NCBI GenBank assembly: GCA_963816145.1
Contig: CAWFJP010000015.1
Span: 1-64,000 of the forward strand
Direction: 5' to 3'
DNA from: an uncultured delta proteobacterium
GTDB taxonomy: Bacteria; Desulfobacterota; Binatia; UBA9968
Length of the DNA: 64,000 nt
Part shown: positions 10,954 through 19,925 of the stretch, piece by piece
How the letters are laid out: every line of letters begins with the position of its first letter
Position numbering within the stretch: position 1 is the stretch's first letter
Made by a program: the position numbers and the translations under genes
Notes under the pieces: generated by a model
Database searches by the model: none
The model's input: the letters and a program-made list of their open reading frames with translations, nothing else
Told to the model about the DNA's origin: nothing

Positions 10954-10983
10954 CTTATAGCCAAGCCCGACGGAAGTTGTCAA
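10954..10983 (-). promoter_or_regulatory. Sigma70-like promoter for the Rhs gene
   Basis: TTGACA-N18-TATAAG on the minus strand about 45 nt upstream of the start. Confidence 0.5.
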
Positions 10984-11104
10984 ATGAAAAACATGCGCCG
11001 TCTTGAGATGGCCCTTGTACTTTTGCTTCGATTCGGATTATTTTTGTGCTTTTGCAAAGGGCGTTCGAAAGACCTTCACTCAGATTGCAGGTATCGGAGG
11101 CGGG

Positions 11105-12214
11105 ATGTTCGACTTTCTATTTCCCAACCATCCATTCGGCGGCCATACGCTGCGGTTGGTCGCGCAAGCGCAGCAAGGCGGCGGTGATGTCTTCGACATC
11201 GCCCGGGCGATGTCGAACGTCGCGGCGGGCGACAAAGACACTTGGGAGCGCGAATGGCTGGCACTGGCTGAAAAGACCGAGGCGCGTGCCGACGCCGCAC
11301 TGGCGGCTGGCCATCACGGCACAGCCCGGCAGAATTTTTTTCACGCCAGCAACTATTACCGGATGTCGGATGTGCTCCTGACCATCGCCGAAGAATCCAA
11401 ACGGGGCGAGCGCTTCCGCAAATCCCAAGCCATGTTTCGTGCCGCGGCCAAACTCAACCCGACCAAGATCGAAGTTATTTCAGTTCGCTGCGGCGATGAA
11501 ATCTATGACGGCTATTTCTGCCACCCGGTCGTTCCCAAACCCGGCAAATGGCCGGCGGTGCTGTTTCTCGGCGGCGCCGACGCCTACGCCGAGGAAATCT
11601 ATTTCGGCGGCAAACAAATGCTCGAGCGTGGCTGGGCGATGCTGCTGGTCGACACGCCGGGACGCGGATCTTCGATGTATTTGAAAGGCATCAAGACCCG
11701 TCCCGACTACGAAGTACCGGGCAAATCTTGCATCGATTATCTAGTTTCCCGCCCGGAAGTCGATGCCAATCGCGTCGCCCTCCTCGGCATCAGCATGGCC
11801 GGTTACTACGCGCCGCGGCTGGCAGCGTTCGAGAAACGGCTCAAAGCGTTGGTCGCATGGAGCGGCTGTTACAGTATCCTCGACGATCTCTACGACTGGT
11901 GCGTGCATCTCCAGCCGGTTTGCCAAAGACTCCTGGGCGGCGTCAGCCACGAAGAAGCGCGCCGCCAACTCAAAGACTTCAGCATGGCTGGCATAGCGAA
12001 GAACATCACCTGCCCGACGCTCATCACCCACGGTGACAAGGACACGCTCATGTCAGTCGAAGGCGCCAAGCGGCTGTTCGAAGAGATCGGCGCCAAAGAC
12101 AAGACGCTCAAGATCTATGGCGAGCAAGACGGCGGCGGCCGCATCCATTGCAGCCACGACTACTGGGCGCATAACCTGCCCTATATGTTGGATTGGCTGG
12201 AGGAAAGACTTTAA
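11105..12214 (+). CDS. Alpha/beta hydrolase (FrsA / 2,6-dihydroxypseudooxynicotine hydrolase-like)
   Basis: GISMAG nucleophile motif, PAVLFLGGAD, C-terminal HCSHD; ATG 11105 follows GGAGG. Confidence 0.8.
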   Translation: MFDFLFPNHPFGGHTLRLVAQAQQGGGDVFDIARAMSNVAAGDKDTWEREWLALAEKTEARADAALAAGHHGTARQNFFHASNYYRMSDVLLTIAEESKRGERFRKSQAMFRAAAKLNPTKIEVISVRCGDEIYDGYFCHPVVPKPGKWPAVLFLGGADAYAEEIYFGGKQMLERGWAMLLVDTPGRGSSMYLKGIKTRPDYEVPGKSCIDYLVSRPEVDANRVALLGISMAGYYAPRLAAFEKRLKALVAWSGCYSILDDLYDWCVHLQPVCQRLLGGVSHEEARRQLKDFSMAGIAKNITCPTLITHGDKDTLMSVEGAKRLFEEIGAKDKTLKIYGEQDGGGRIHCSHDYWAHNLPYMLDWLEERL

Positions 12215-12215
12215 C

Positions 12216-12339
12216 CCGTTCCAGCCGTTTCAATAGTTCCAATCGTTCCAGGCCCCCTCCTATCATCCTCCCCCGCGTCGCGGGGGAGGACTGAGGTGGG
12301 GGTTGGAACGGCTGGAACCACTGGAACGATTGGAACGAG
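12216..12339. repeat. Intergenic inverted-repeat (MITE/REP-like) element
   Basis: Arms of tandem CGTTCCA / TGGAACG units flanking the inner hairpin TCCTCCCCCGCG-T-CGCGGGGGAGGA. Confidence 0.7.
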
Positions 12340-12364
12340 TTCAACACGACACGGAGGACATATC

Positions 12365-13867
12365 GTGACTACATCAACAGATCGAACCTGGGACAAAGAA
12401 GTCGACGTGCTCGTCGTCGGTTATGGCGCGGCCGGCGGGATCTCGGCGATCACCGCTCACGACGCTGGCGCCAAGGTCTTGCTAATTGAAAAAATGCCGC
12501 ACCCTGGAGGTATCTCGATCCTTTCCGGCGGCGGCGTCGCTTTCGCGCATAGCGCCGAGGGCGCATTTCAATATTTGCAACGCACCTGCAACGGCACCAC
12601 ACCCGACGACATTCTTCGCAAAATGGCCGAGGAAATGGTCGGCATGATCCCCTGGGTTACCGAGCTTGCAAAAGTCAGCGGCACCGAGCCGACCAAGACC
12701 GAGACCCGCGGCCATGGCACCTATCCGTTTCCCGGCACCAATGAGATCGACTCGATCAAGTTGAAAGACTTCCAAGCCTACGACGAATTCCCCTGGGCCA
12801 AAGGGCTGCGCGGTGGCGCGCGTTTGTTCAAAGTCGTCTACGACAACGTCAACCAGCGCAACATCGAAGTGATGTTGTCGACACCGGCTAAGGAATTAGT
12901 TCTGAATAGCGATGGCGAAGTGATCGGCATGGTGGCCGAGCATGACGGTAAGACGATACGAATCAAAGCCAGCAAGGGCGTGATTCTGTGCTGCGGCGGT
13001 TACGAAAACGACGACGCTATGAAGCTGCAATATTTCGAAGCTCAACCGGTCTATCCGGTCTATCTCGGCAACACTGGCGACGGTTTGAAGATGGCCCAAA
13101 AGGCCGGCGCCGGGCTCTGGCATATGTGGCACTTTCACGGCGGCTACGGTTTCAAATTCGCCGAGCTGCCGTTCGCCATTCGCCATGTCTGGGCCGGACC
13201 GCGGAATGAAAACCGCAAGATGATTTGGATCGCCGTCGATAAATTCGGCAAGCGTTTCATGGACGAATATCCGCCCGCGCCGCAGGACACCGGCACCCGG
13301 CCGTTAGAATACTATGATGCCGATGTCCAGGACTATCCGCGCATCCCCTGCTACCTGATCTTCGACGAAGAAGGCAGAAAACTCGGTCCCATCGGCATCC
13401 CGATCGTCAACGACGAGCGTTACGACGCCAGTTGGAGTGACGACAATCTCGCCGAGATCGACAGAGGCTGGATCAAGAAAGGCAACTCACTGGAAGATAT
13501 CGCGGGGCAAATTGACGTCAATCCCAAAGTCCTTAGGGCTACGGTGGAACGCTGGAATGATCTCTGCGCCAAAGGTCAGGACGAAGACCACAAACGGCCG
13601 CCGAAAACCATGATGCCGATCAAAAATGGCCCGTTCTACGTCATGGAAGCCTGGCCCATCGTCAACAACACCCAAGGCGGGCCCGAGCATGATGTAAACC
13701 AGCGCGTGCTCGATCCCATGAAGCGCCCGATCCCGCGCCTCTACGTTGCCGGCGAGATCAGCTCGATTTACGGCCATCTCTATCTAGAAGCGGGCAACAT
13801 CACCGAATGTTTCGTCGCGGGAAAGATAGCCGGGCAGAACGCCGCGGCGGAGCAGCCGTGGCGCTGA
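12365..13867 (+). CDS. FAD-binding flavoprotein (fumarate reductase / 3-ketosteroid dehydrogenase family)
   Basis: DVLVVGYGAAG, GVILCCGGYE, NTGDG, TQGG, IPRLYVAGE motifs; GTG 12365 after GGAGG. Confidence 0.85.
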   Translation: MTTSTDRTWDKEVDVLVVGYGAAGGISAITAHDAGAKVLLIEKMPHPGGISILSGGGVAFAHSAEGAFQYLQRTCNGTTPDDILRKMAEEMVGMIPWVTELAKVSGTEPTKTETRGHGTYPFPGTNEIDSIKLKDFQAYDEFPWAKGLRGGARLFKVVYDNVNQRNIEVMLSTPAKELVLNSDGEVIGMVAEHDGKTIRIKASKGVILCCGGYENDDAMKLQYFEAQPVYPVYLGNTGDGLKMAQKAGAGLWHMWHFHGGYGFKFAELPFAIRHVWAGPRNENRKMIWIAVDKFGKRFMDEYPPAPQDTGTRPLEYYDADVQDYPRIPCYLIFDEEGRKLGPIGIPIVNDERYDASWSDDNLAEIDRGWIKKGNSLEDIAGQIDVNPKVLRATVERWNDLCAKGQDEDHKRPPKTMMPIKNGPFYVMEAWPIVNNTQGGPEHDVNQRVLDPMKRPIPRLYVAGEISSIYGHLYLEAGNITECFVAGKIAGQNAAAEQPWR

Positions 13868-13927
13868 CCGATCAATTGCGAATAGCACAGCGCAATCATA
13901 CCACAATCGGAAATGCAAAGACCGTCC

Positions 13928-14007
13928 TCACCACGAAGGCACGAAGGATACGAAGGTTTCAGACGATTACAGTTTCGAACTTCGTGCTCTTCGTGCCTTC
14001 GTGGTGA
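13928..14007. repeat. CACGAAG-type palindromic repeat (family A), copy 1
   Basis: CACCACGAAG-(N1-2 CACGAAG)2-spacer-(CTTCGTG)3-GTG; eight copies in the window. Confidence 0.85.
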
Positions 14008-14064
14008 ACGTTCATGATATCAATAAGCCGAAAGATCCCGACCATAAGTACTGTCAGTACACTT

Positions 14065-15222
14065 CTAGAAGTAGCGCCACAGCCACCATTTTTCGAAGCC
14101 GATCTTCGCCCAGTAGATCGCTTTATTCGGTCCCCAGGTGCGCGGGTCGGTGATGCCGAAGGGCGGCCAGCTAGTGGGATAGGTGGTTCGATTTGCCGCG
14201 GCGCGTCCAGCGCCGTAGGCGAGCAGTCATATGGTGTGCAGCCAGAGGTCGACCGGCCTGCCCTTGCCGGTGATCTCGACTGCCAGGTTATGGGCCAAGA
14301 CATCGGCTTCCTGGTGCGCGACGCCGCCGGCTTTGGATGCCGGCATGTCGGCGCAATCGCCGATGGCGTAGACATTGTTCCATTTGGTTTGCAGCGTATC
14401 GTAGTCTACCCGGATGCCGGTTTCGCATTCGGCAAGGCCGCTATCGAGGAGTACCTGCGCGGGACGGTGCGGCGGCACCATGACCAGCAGATCGTAGGGA
14501 ATATTGTAATTATATAGACCCCGGACGATCTTTTTCTCTGGATCGATGGAACGGACGACGAACTCGTAGTGTTGCTCGATGCCACGCCGCTTGCTTTCGG
14601 CATCCATCCACACCACCGGATCATGCGCTTCGCCCGTCGGCTCCGCTTCGCGCGTGAAGTAGTCGATCTGAACGCGGTCGCGAATTCCCTTTTGGCGAAA
14701 ATAGCCGTCGAGCATCCACTGTGCTTCATAGGGCGCCGGCGGACATCGGTAAGGCCCGAGCGGCACGCCGACGACGACCCGGCCGCCACGAAACGACTCC
14801 AAGCTCTCGCGTAAACGCAGCGCTGATTCCATTTCCCAGGGATGCTGTGAAGCCGCGGCAAATCCAGGAACCAAATCGGGACGGGTCTGCATGCCTAACG
14901 AGGTGATCAGGTAGTCGTAGTTGAGATTTTCTTTTTCCAGCGAAACTTCCTGGCGGATCGGATCGATGCCGAGGATTTCCGACTGGATCACCCGAACATT
15001 GCGCTTCTCAAGGATCTTTAAATTACGGCTGATATCGCGCGGCTGGCGTTCGCCGATCATAATAAACAGAAACGCCGGCATGAAAATATGATTGGGCCGC
15101 CGGTCGACGAGAATCACGTCATGATCGGCGCCCAGCCTGCGCCCCAGTTGTGTCGCCGCGACCACGCCGCCGCAACCGCCGCCTAAAATAACAATCCTTT
15201 TTCGCCGCGATAAAAGTTGCAT
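14065..15222 (-). CDS. sqr: Sulfide:quinone oxidoreductase-like flavoprotein (type III-like), candidate selenoprotein with in-frame UGA at 14227-14229 (residue 332 of 385)
   Basis: IVILGGGCGG, YRCPPAPYE, NVYAIGDCA, KAGGVA motifs. After the TGA the frame continues LLAYGAGRAAANRTTYPTSWPPFGITDPRTWGPNKAIYWAKIGFEKWWLWRYF-TAG, the typical SQR C-terminal helix. Confidence 0.8.
14195..14226 (-). promoter_or_regulatory. Putative bacterial SECIS hairpin
   Basis: UGA-CUGCUC-GCC-UA-CGGCGC-UGGAC-GCGCCG-C-GGC: 6-bp GC stem plus outer 3-bp stem, apical-loop G 19 nt after the UGA. Confidence 0.7.
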
Positions 15223-15275
15223 GATGAGTTCTTTTTTATTCCGGGTACATCACGGGTTTACCATGAAGATGTCTA

Positions 15276-15346
15276 CACCACGAAGGACACGAAGATCACG
15301 AAGCTCGGAGTCTTAATTACCCGAAACATTCGCGCTCTTCGTGGTG
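15276..15346. repeat. Family A palindromic repeat, copy 2
   Basis: CACCACGAAGGACACGAAGATCACGAAG...CTTCGTGGTG. Confidence 0.8.
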
Positions 15347-15402
15347 CAAAAATCAAACTGAACGTTACACATAGTCTACGCAAAAGGCTGACGAACCTAA
15401 AC

Positions 15403-15588
15403 CTATTTGTCTTTGGCGCCGAAGCGCTGTTTGGAGCGCTGCGCCAATCCCTGGAGATTTCTCAACCGTTGCTCGCGCCAGAGTTGTTGCTCGCGCCGTC
15501 CGTCGGCGGTCAGCTCCTTGCCGAAGCCGGCGGTCGTGCGCAAAAACCAGAGGATCAACTTGTCGGAAAGATCTTTTAGCCATTCCAT
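15403..15588 (-). CDS. Small hypothetical protein (~61 aa)
   Basis: MEWLKDLSDKLILWFLRTTAGFGKEL...; co-oriented within the cluster. Confidence 0.5.
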   Translation of the reverse strand: MEWLKDLSDKLILWFLRTTAGFGKELTADGRREQQLWREQRLRNLQGLAQRSKQRFGAKDK

Positions 15589-15655
15589 ATTTTCACGAAT
15601 CTCCACAGCGCGCTTGGGCTTCGCTGATCCGAAATTGACCCAGCTGCATCTTTGC

Positions 15656-16624
15656 TTATCTTAAGAAAGTGTCTTCTTGCCGGAGCTTTTCGCCGGCCGC
15701 GAGCAGTCCTTGCGGCGACGGTCCGGACTCGCCGATGAGCCCGACCTGGCGCAAGAACTGGCCGATCTGCTCGTGATCGCGCGGGCTCACCGGCGCATAG
15801 GGCCGGCAAGGCTGGCCGATATCGACGCCGAAGTGCTTCATCGCCGACTTCATTACCGGCGGCAAACCGTAGGCGCCCCATTTCCCTGGAAACAACGCAT
15901 AGCAGCGCGCCCAGAAGCGCGCGGTCTCCAGATCGCCGGCGCGAAACGCTTTGACGATCTGCGCGCCGATGCGCGTCCCTGGCGGCGGCATGGTCGCACC
16001 CGAGCCGCCAAGCATGAGCGTCACCAACAGAGGCTGCATAGTCGTAAAATAGTGACCGCGGCCGGCCAGCTCGATCTGCTCGATCAAGCGCGAGATCTTG
16101 GTGATGTCGCGGGAGCTCTCCTTAAAGTAGCGAATGTTGTCAATTTCGCTGATTTTAACGAAGGCATCCTGCGGTGGATCGGCGCCGGGACCGGGGTTGT
16201 GATAGCAAGTGACCGGCAATGGACTCGCCGAGGCGACTTGGGTGTAGAACTCCATCAGCTCGGCGATGGTCGGCTGGCCTCCCCACGGGCGCAGCGGCAT
16301 CAAGACTTGAATGAAATCGCCGCCGACTTTAGCAGAGTACTCCGCCAGTTCGATCACCTCGCGCGGCGCCGGGCTCGAGCAGCCGAGAATCACCGGCACC
16401 CGGCCGCCGATCATCTCGGTGGCGACTTTGAGCATTTCCTTGCGCTCGTCCCGCGACAGCATGGTGTATTCCGCCGCCTCCACTGCCGCCACCGTGATCG
16501 CATCGCAGTCGGGGATGAGAAACTCTATTTCCTTTTCGAGCGCCTTGTAATCGATGCGATCGTTCACATCGAAGGGCGTCAAACAGGCGCCAATGATGCC
16601 GCTAATTTGTTTGGTCGTTGCCAT
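15656..16624 (-). CDS. DapA/N-acetylneuraminate lyase family class I aldolase, atypical
   Basis: LTPFD...IDY, CYHNP and Schiff-base FKESS; GxTGE replaced by AVEAAE. Confidence 0.8.
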   Translation of the reverse strand: MATTKQISGIIGACLTPFDVNDRIDYKALEKEIEFLIPDCDAITVAAVEAAEYTMLSRDERKEMLKVATEMIGGRVPVILGCSSPAPREVIELAEYSAKVGGDFIQVLMPLRPWGGQPTIAELMEFYTQVASASPLPVTCYHNPGPGADPPQDAFVKISEIDNIRYFKESSRDITKISRLIEQIELAGRGHYFTTMQPLLVTLMLGGSGATMPPPGTRIGAQIVKAFRAGDLETARFWARCYALFPGKWGAYGLPPVMKSAMKHFGVDIGQPCRPYAPVSPRDHEQIGQFLRQVGLIGESGPSPQGLLAAGEKLRQEDTFLR

Positions 16625-16683
16625 GGCTTGGTTCAGTTCTTCAGCTAATTGTGCGGATCGTTTATGAGGTTCAGATTCTATTG

Positions 16684-16766
16684 TTCACCACGAAGGCACG
16701 AAGGACACGAAGGTTTCGGATAAATAAATCTCCGGACTTCGTGATCTTCGTGTCCTTCGTGGTGAA
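16684..16766. repeat. Family A palindromic repeat, copy 3
   Basis: TTCACCACGAAGGCACGAAGGACACGAAG...CTTCGTGTCCTTCGTGGTGAA. Confidence 0.85.
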
Positions 16767-16796
16767 AACTCTTTTCACAGGAAACCTGCAAGCGCG

Positions 16797-17453
16797 CTAA
16801 TTTAAAACTTCCGCGATGATCCTCGCATGGCCGGCGTCGCTGCCTTTGACTCTAAGAGGCAAAGCCATGATGCGCGTGCGCTTGCCGATGACGTTGCCGA
16901 GGTTGGTGACGTTCTCGGCGATCAATACGTTATTACCCAGCAAAATCCGATGCACGGGAAAGTCGAAACCCTTGGGCCGCAGCGGCGTCGGCAGATCGAC
17001 GGTGATGCAGTCGATGCCGAACATCTTGATACCCTTTTTGACCATCCACTCGGCGGCGTCCACTGAAAGATACGGGTGCAAATTATAATCTGGACTATCG
17101 AACTTCTCGTCCCAGCCGGTATGGAGCATGAGGATATCGCCGCGATTGACTGTGACGCCCGACGCTTCCAAATCCTTAGCCGTCACTTCTTCGCCGCCGT
17201 TTTTCTTGACGCTGATCACCGCGCCGGCGCCGACGAAGGCATCCACCGGCAACTCGTCGATGGATTTACCATTGGGCATGATATGGATCGGCGCATCGAC
17301 ATGGGTACCAGCATGGCACGGCATCGACAGCTCGGTGACATTCAACGGGGCGCCCTTTTCCAAGCTCAAAAATTTCGTCACATGGACATCCGGCAGGATC
17401 GGAATCTTCGGCATGCCGTCGTAAATAACTCTCGACAGATCGATCATTTCCAT
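16797..17453 (-). CDS. Cyclase family protein (kynurenine formamidase-like)
   Basis: HAGTHVDAPIH signature, FGIDCITVD, HRILL...IAEN; ATG after AGGAG. Confidence 0.88.
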   Translation of the reverse strand: MEMIDLSRVIYDGMPKIPILPDVHVTKFLSLEKGAPLNVTELSMPCHAGTHVDAPIHIMPNGKSIDELPVDAFVGAGAVISVKKNGGEEVTAKDLEASGVTVNRGDILMLHTGWDEKFDSPDYNLHPYLSVDAAEWMVKKGIKMFGIDCITVDLPTPLRPKGFDFPVHRILLGNNVLIAENVTNLGNVIGKRTRIMALPLRVKGSDAGHARIIAEVLN

Positions 17454-17469
17454 AACTAAATCTCCTTGT

Positions 17470-18216
17470 TCATTTGCCGCCGCGCCAGCGCGCGTAAAGC
17501 GGATCCTTGTCGACGTAGGTGCGCACGATACCATCGAACGCCAGCCAAAACTGATCCAAAGTCTTCTGCACCGCGGCGCGCACGGCTATCTGTTGAGGTT
17601 CGGTCACGGCGTAACGCTCCACCGCCAGCGGTCCGACCTTCATATGCTCTTCGTCGACGCCCATGTGAAGCGTCCAGTAGCGGATGTCCTCCGACTCGCG
17701 GTTGAAACCGTAATGTTTGGTGAGCCCGTTGACGATACGGGTCATGCGCTCGCTCGCGGTTCCCTCTAGGCAAAATCCCTGGCAGGCATAAAGCTCCAAC
17801 CAAGTGCGTTGGGACATTAGTAGCTCGCGCCAGTCGAGAAAGGCCTGGGTCTCAGGCGTCGGCTCGACGCGATCGAGCTCTTGCTTGTCGGCATAACCGC
17901 AAGCCTTGGCGAAGCGGATGAACAGCGCCTTATGGCTATCGGTGCCGGTGATCTCGCCGGTGCCCTCCTCGACGACGTTTTCGATCCACATTTTTTCCAA
18001 CTCGGGGTCTTCCGGACAACGCGCCAGCATCGCGGCGATCGGTTTCGGAAACGGCTTGGGAAAAAATAAATAAAACTGTCCAACGAAGCCTTTTAACGCC
18101 GCACGGTCCAGTTTGCCTTCCTCGATCATGCCGATAACCGGATGATTTTTGGAGTGCTTGGCCCGCACTAATTGTTGAATTTCTTTAACGAACTCGCCAC
18201 TTGAAACTGCCGCCAT
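17470..18216 (-). CDS. Heme-oxygenase-like diiron (TenA/PqqC/CADD family) protein
   Basis: ENVVEE...SH, LEG, WTLHMGVDEEH ligand pattern; ATG 18216 after AGGAG. Confidence 0.8.
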   Translation of the reverse strand: MAAVSSGEFVKEIQQLVRAKHSKNHPVIGMIEEGKLDRAALKGFVGQFYLFFPKPFPKPIAAMLARCPEDPELEKMWIENVVEEGTGEITGTDSHKALFIRFAKACGYADKQELDRVEPTPETQAFLDWRELLMSQRTWLELYACQGFCLEGTASERMTRIVNGLTKHYGFNRESEDIRYWTLHMGVDEEHMKVGPLAVERYAVTEPQQIAVRAAVQKTLDQFWLAFDGIVRTYVDKDPLYARWRGGK

Positions 18217-18259
18217 GGCTACGATCTCCTTGGCCATTGATTCATCGATATCAAGTAAA

Positions 18260-18333
18260 TGCCCCCGGCGCGATTCGAACGCGCGGCCTCAGGATTAGGA
18301 ATCCTGCGCTCTATCCACCTGAGCTACGGGGGC
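18260..18333 (-). tRNA. tRNA-Arg(CCT)
   Basis: GCCCCCG acceptor stem, TAGCTCAGGTGGATAGAGC D-arm, CAGGA-TTCCTAA-TCCTG anticodon arm, GCGCG-TTCGAAT-CGCGC T-arm; CCA not encoded. Confidence 0.95.
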
Positions 18334-18348
18334 CCAAGTGTTTTCAAT

Positions 18349-18376
18349 AAGTTACATAGGACAGCGTGAGAGTCAA
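18349..18376 (-). promoter_or_regulatory. Element-supplied sigma70-like promoter for the restored tRNA, overlapping an IHF-like site
   Basis: TTGACT-N16-TAACTT about 15 nt upstream of the tRNA; TTTCAATAAGTTA resembles WATCAANNNNTTR. Confidence 0.5.
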
Positions 18377-18517
18377 CGCAACCAGTGCCCCGGAAGCGGT
18401 GAACCAGAACTGCGCATATGCTGGAGAGTTAACACGAAACAATTGATTCAAATGACACAAGCTTTTGACTGTAAACCAAAAAAACGCGGCAACGCTTTGC
18501 CAGGTAAGTGAAAAGTT

Positions 18518-18547
18518 TGGCGGAGAGGGAGGGATTTGAACCCCTCC
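18518..18547 (-). pseudogene. 3' fragment of tRNA-Ser (att remnant)
   Basis: GGAGGGGTTCAAATCCCTCCCTCTCCGCCA: T-arm, acceptor 3' strand, G discriminator, CCA; no 5' half. Confidence 0.75.
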
Positions 18548-18717
18548 GCACGTAGAGCTTTGTCCCAATTACCGTAAATCCAAACACCTTGAACATAGAC
18601 ATGCGGGTATTCATCTTGAAGGTAACCGGCAATTACGTTTCCGGTTTTCTTGTAGACGGTTCTGATTGCGGTTACCCAGTCGCTTTTGCCATAGGGATGA
18701 TAGCCGCGGCGGGAGCT

Positions 18718-18903
18718 TTATCTCAGGCGGAAGTCCTTAGCGATAAGTTCATCCGGGGTCAGCCGATACTCGGCCATGGAGGTTTCGCGGTCAATCTCAT
18801 GCTTCGACAGGTGGCGTCCGCTTATGACGCGTCGGTGATCGCCGCAGATACGGCACCGAACAAAGTCAAAGCCTTCACCCCTAGCCGTGCCCCTCGTACC
18901 CAC
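18718..18903 (-). pseudogene. Zinc-finger (MucR/Ros-like) protein fragment
   Basis: VRCRICG...ISGRHLSKH...EYRLTPDEL. Confidence 0.45.
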
Positions 18904-19679
18904 TTAGGACTCTTTCTTAATAGCGTTTAGATTCTTGGCAGAGCAGCGAACAAACCATGGAGTTGAACTGTTGCTCATTCTTTGATCGCCCGCACCATCG
19001 TCACCACGTTCTTGTTGACGGCCATGAACGGCGCTTCCCATTTCTCGTCTGGGTTGGGTAAAGCCTGCGCTTTCACATCGGTTAGGGGAGTGCGAGAAAC
19101 TTAATTTCTGATTTGTTTAGTAGATCGGACAAGCGCGAGGCGTAACCACCCTTTCCAGCTAGTGGGATAAACACCGTCCCTGTGATACGGTGCTCCGGCC
19201 ATTGCTGCCTCCTTCTACTGCTTACTGCCGTATTAGATTCAGCATCTGTTGCTATGTTGTCCGCTCCTGCGCAGTCTTCGCCAAAATTTCACGCCGCGTA
19301 AGCATGCTCTTTTCGATCAACAACTGCGCGAGCGTGTCGGTCTGGGCAAGGTTGAAGAAGTTCATGTAATTCGGATTGCAGCAAATTCCATACGAGTTTT
19401 CCGTACTTGTGAGAATTTTGTCTGAAAAAACCTCCAAATCATTTAGTAATGGATTTAGCCTACCCTACATTCCAACGACGAATCAATTAGTTACCACTCA
19501 ATCGCTAGATGGCTTGAGGTTTGCTGGAATATGCTCTTTGTGGAACCGCCCTGGTATGGAGAGTTTAGCTCACGCACGTTGGTCGGACCGAACAACACTT
19601 GTCAAACCGCGTGGGTCGATCGCGGTAGGTTATTGAAGAACATTGTCAGCCATCCGCTTGCTGAAAGGCCTTCGACGAA

Positions 19680-19925
19680 ATGGGATCACGTGTCAGAAAT
19701 ATAAATGATTCGCCAGAAATAAAATGCACTTTTTCTAGGGAGACTTTGCCCACAGAAAACTGCTGTGTTTGCGGTCGTGCAACAGGGGCGCAGATTCTTT
19801 TGACTTGTGCGCTCTTTAATAGGTGGATTTGCCGGAACTGCGCGAGCCATGTCAAAGCGCAAATTGAATGTACTCGAAGCCAAGAGGCACAGGCCTTCGC
19901 GAAAAAAATATTTCTCCGTCGCTAG
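19680..19925 (+). CDS. Small Cys-rich hypothetical protein
   Basis: CCVC...C...CRNC pattern, 81 aa. Confidence 0.35.
   Translation: MGSRVRNINDSPEIKCTFSRETLPTENCCVCGRATGAQILLTCALFNRWICRNCASHVKAQIECTRSQEAQAFAKKIFLRR

Noticed and set aside
1204-10983. Many short ORFs in the track over the first 11 kb
   Set aside because: Antisense or off-frame shadows of the single giant Rhs ORF.
18518-18547. Fragment as tRNA-Sec (selC)
   Set aside because: 7-bp acceptor strand CCTCTCC matches tRNA-Ser, and no UCA anticodon arm is present.
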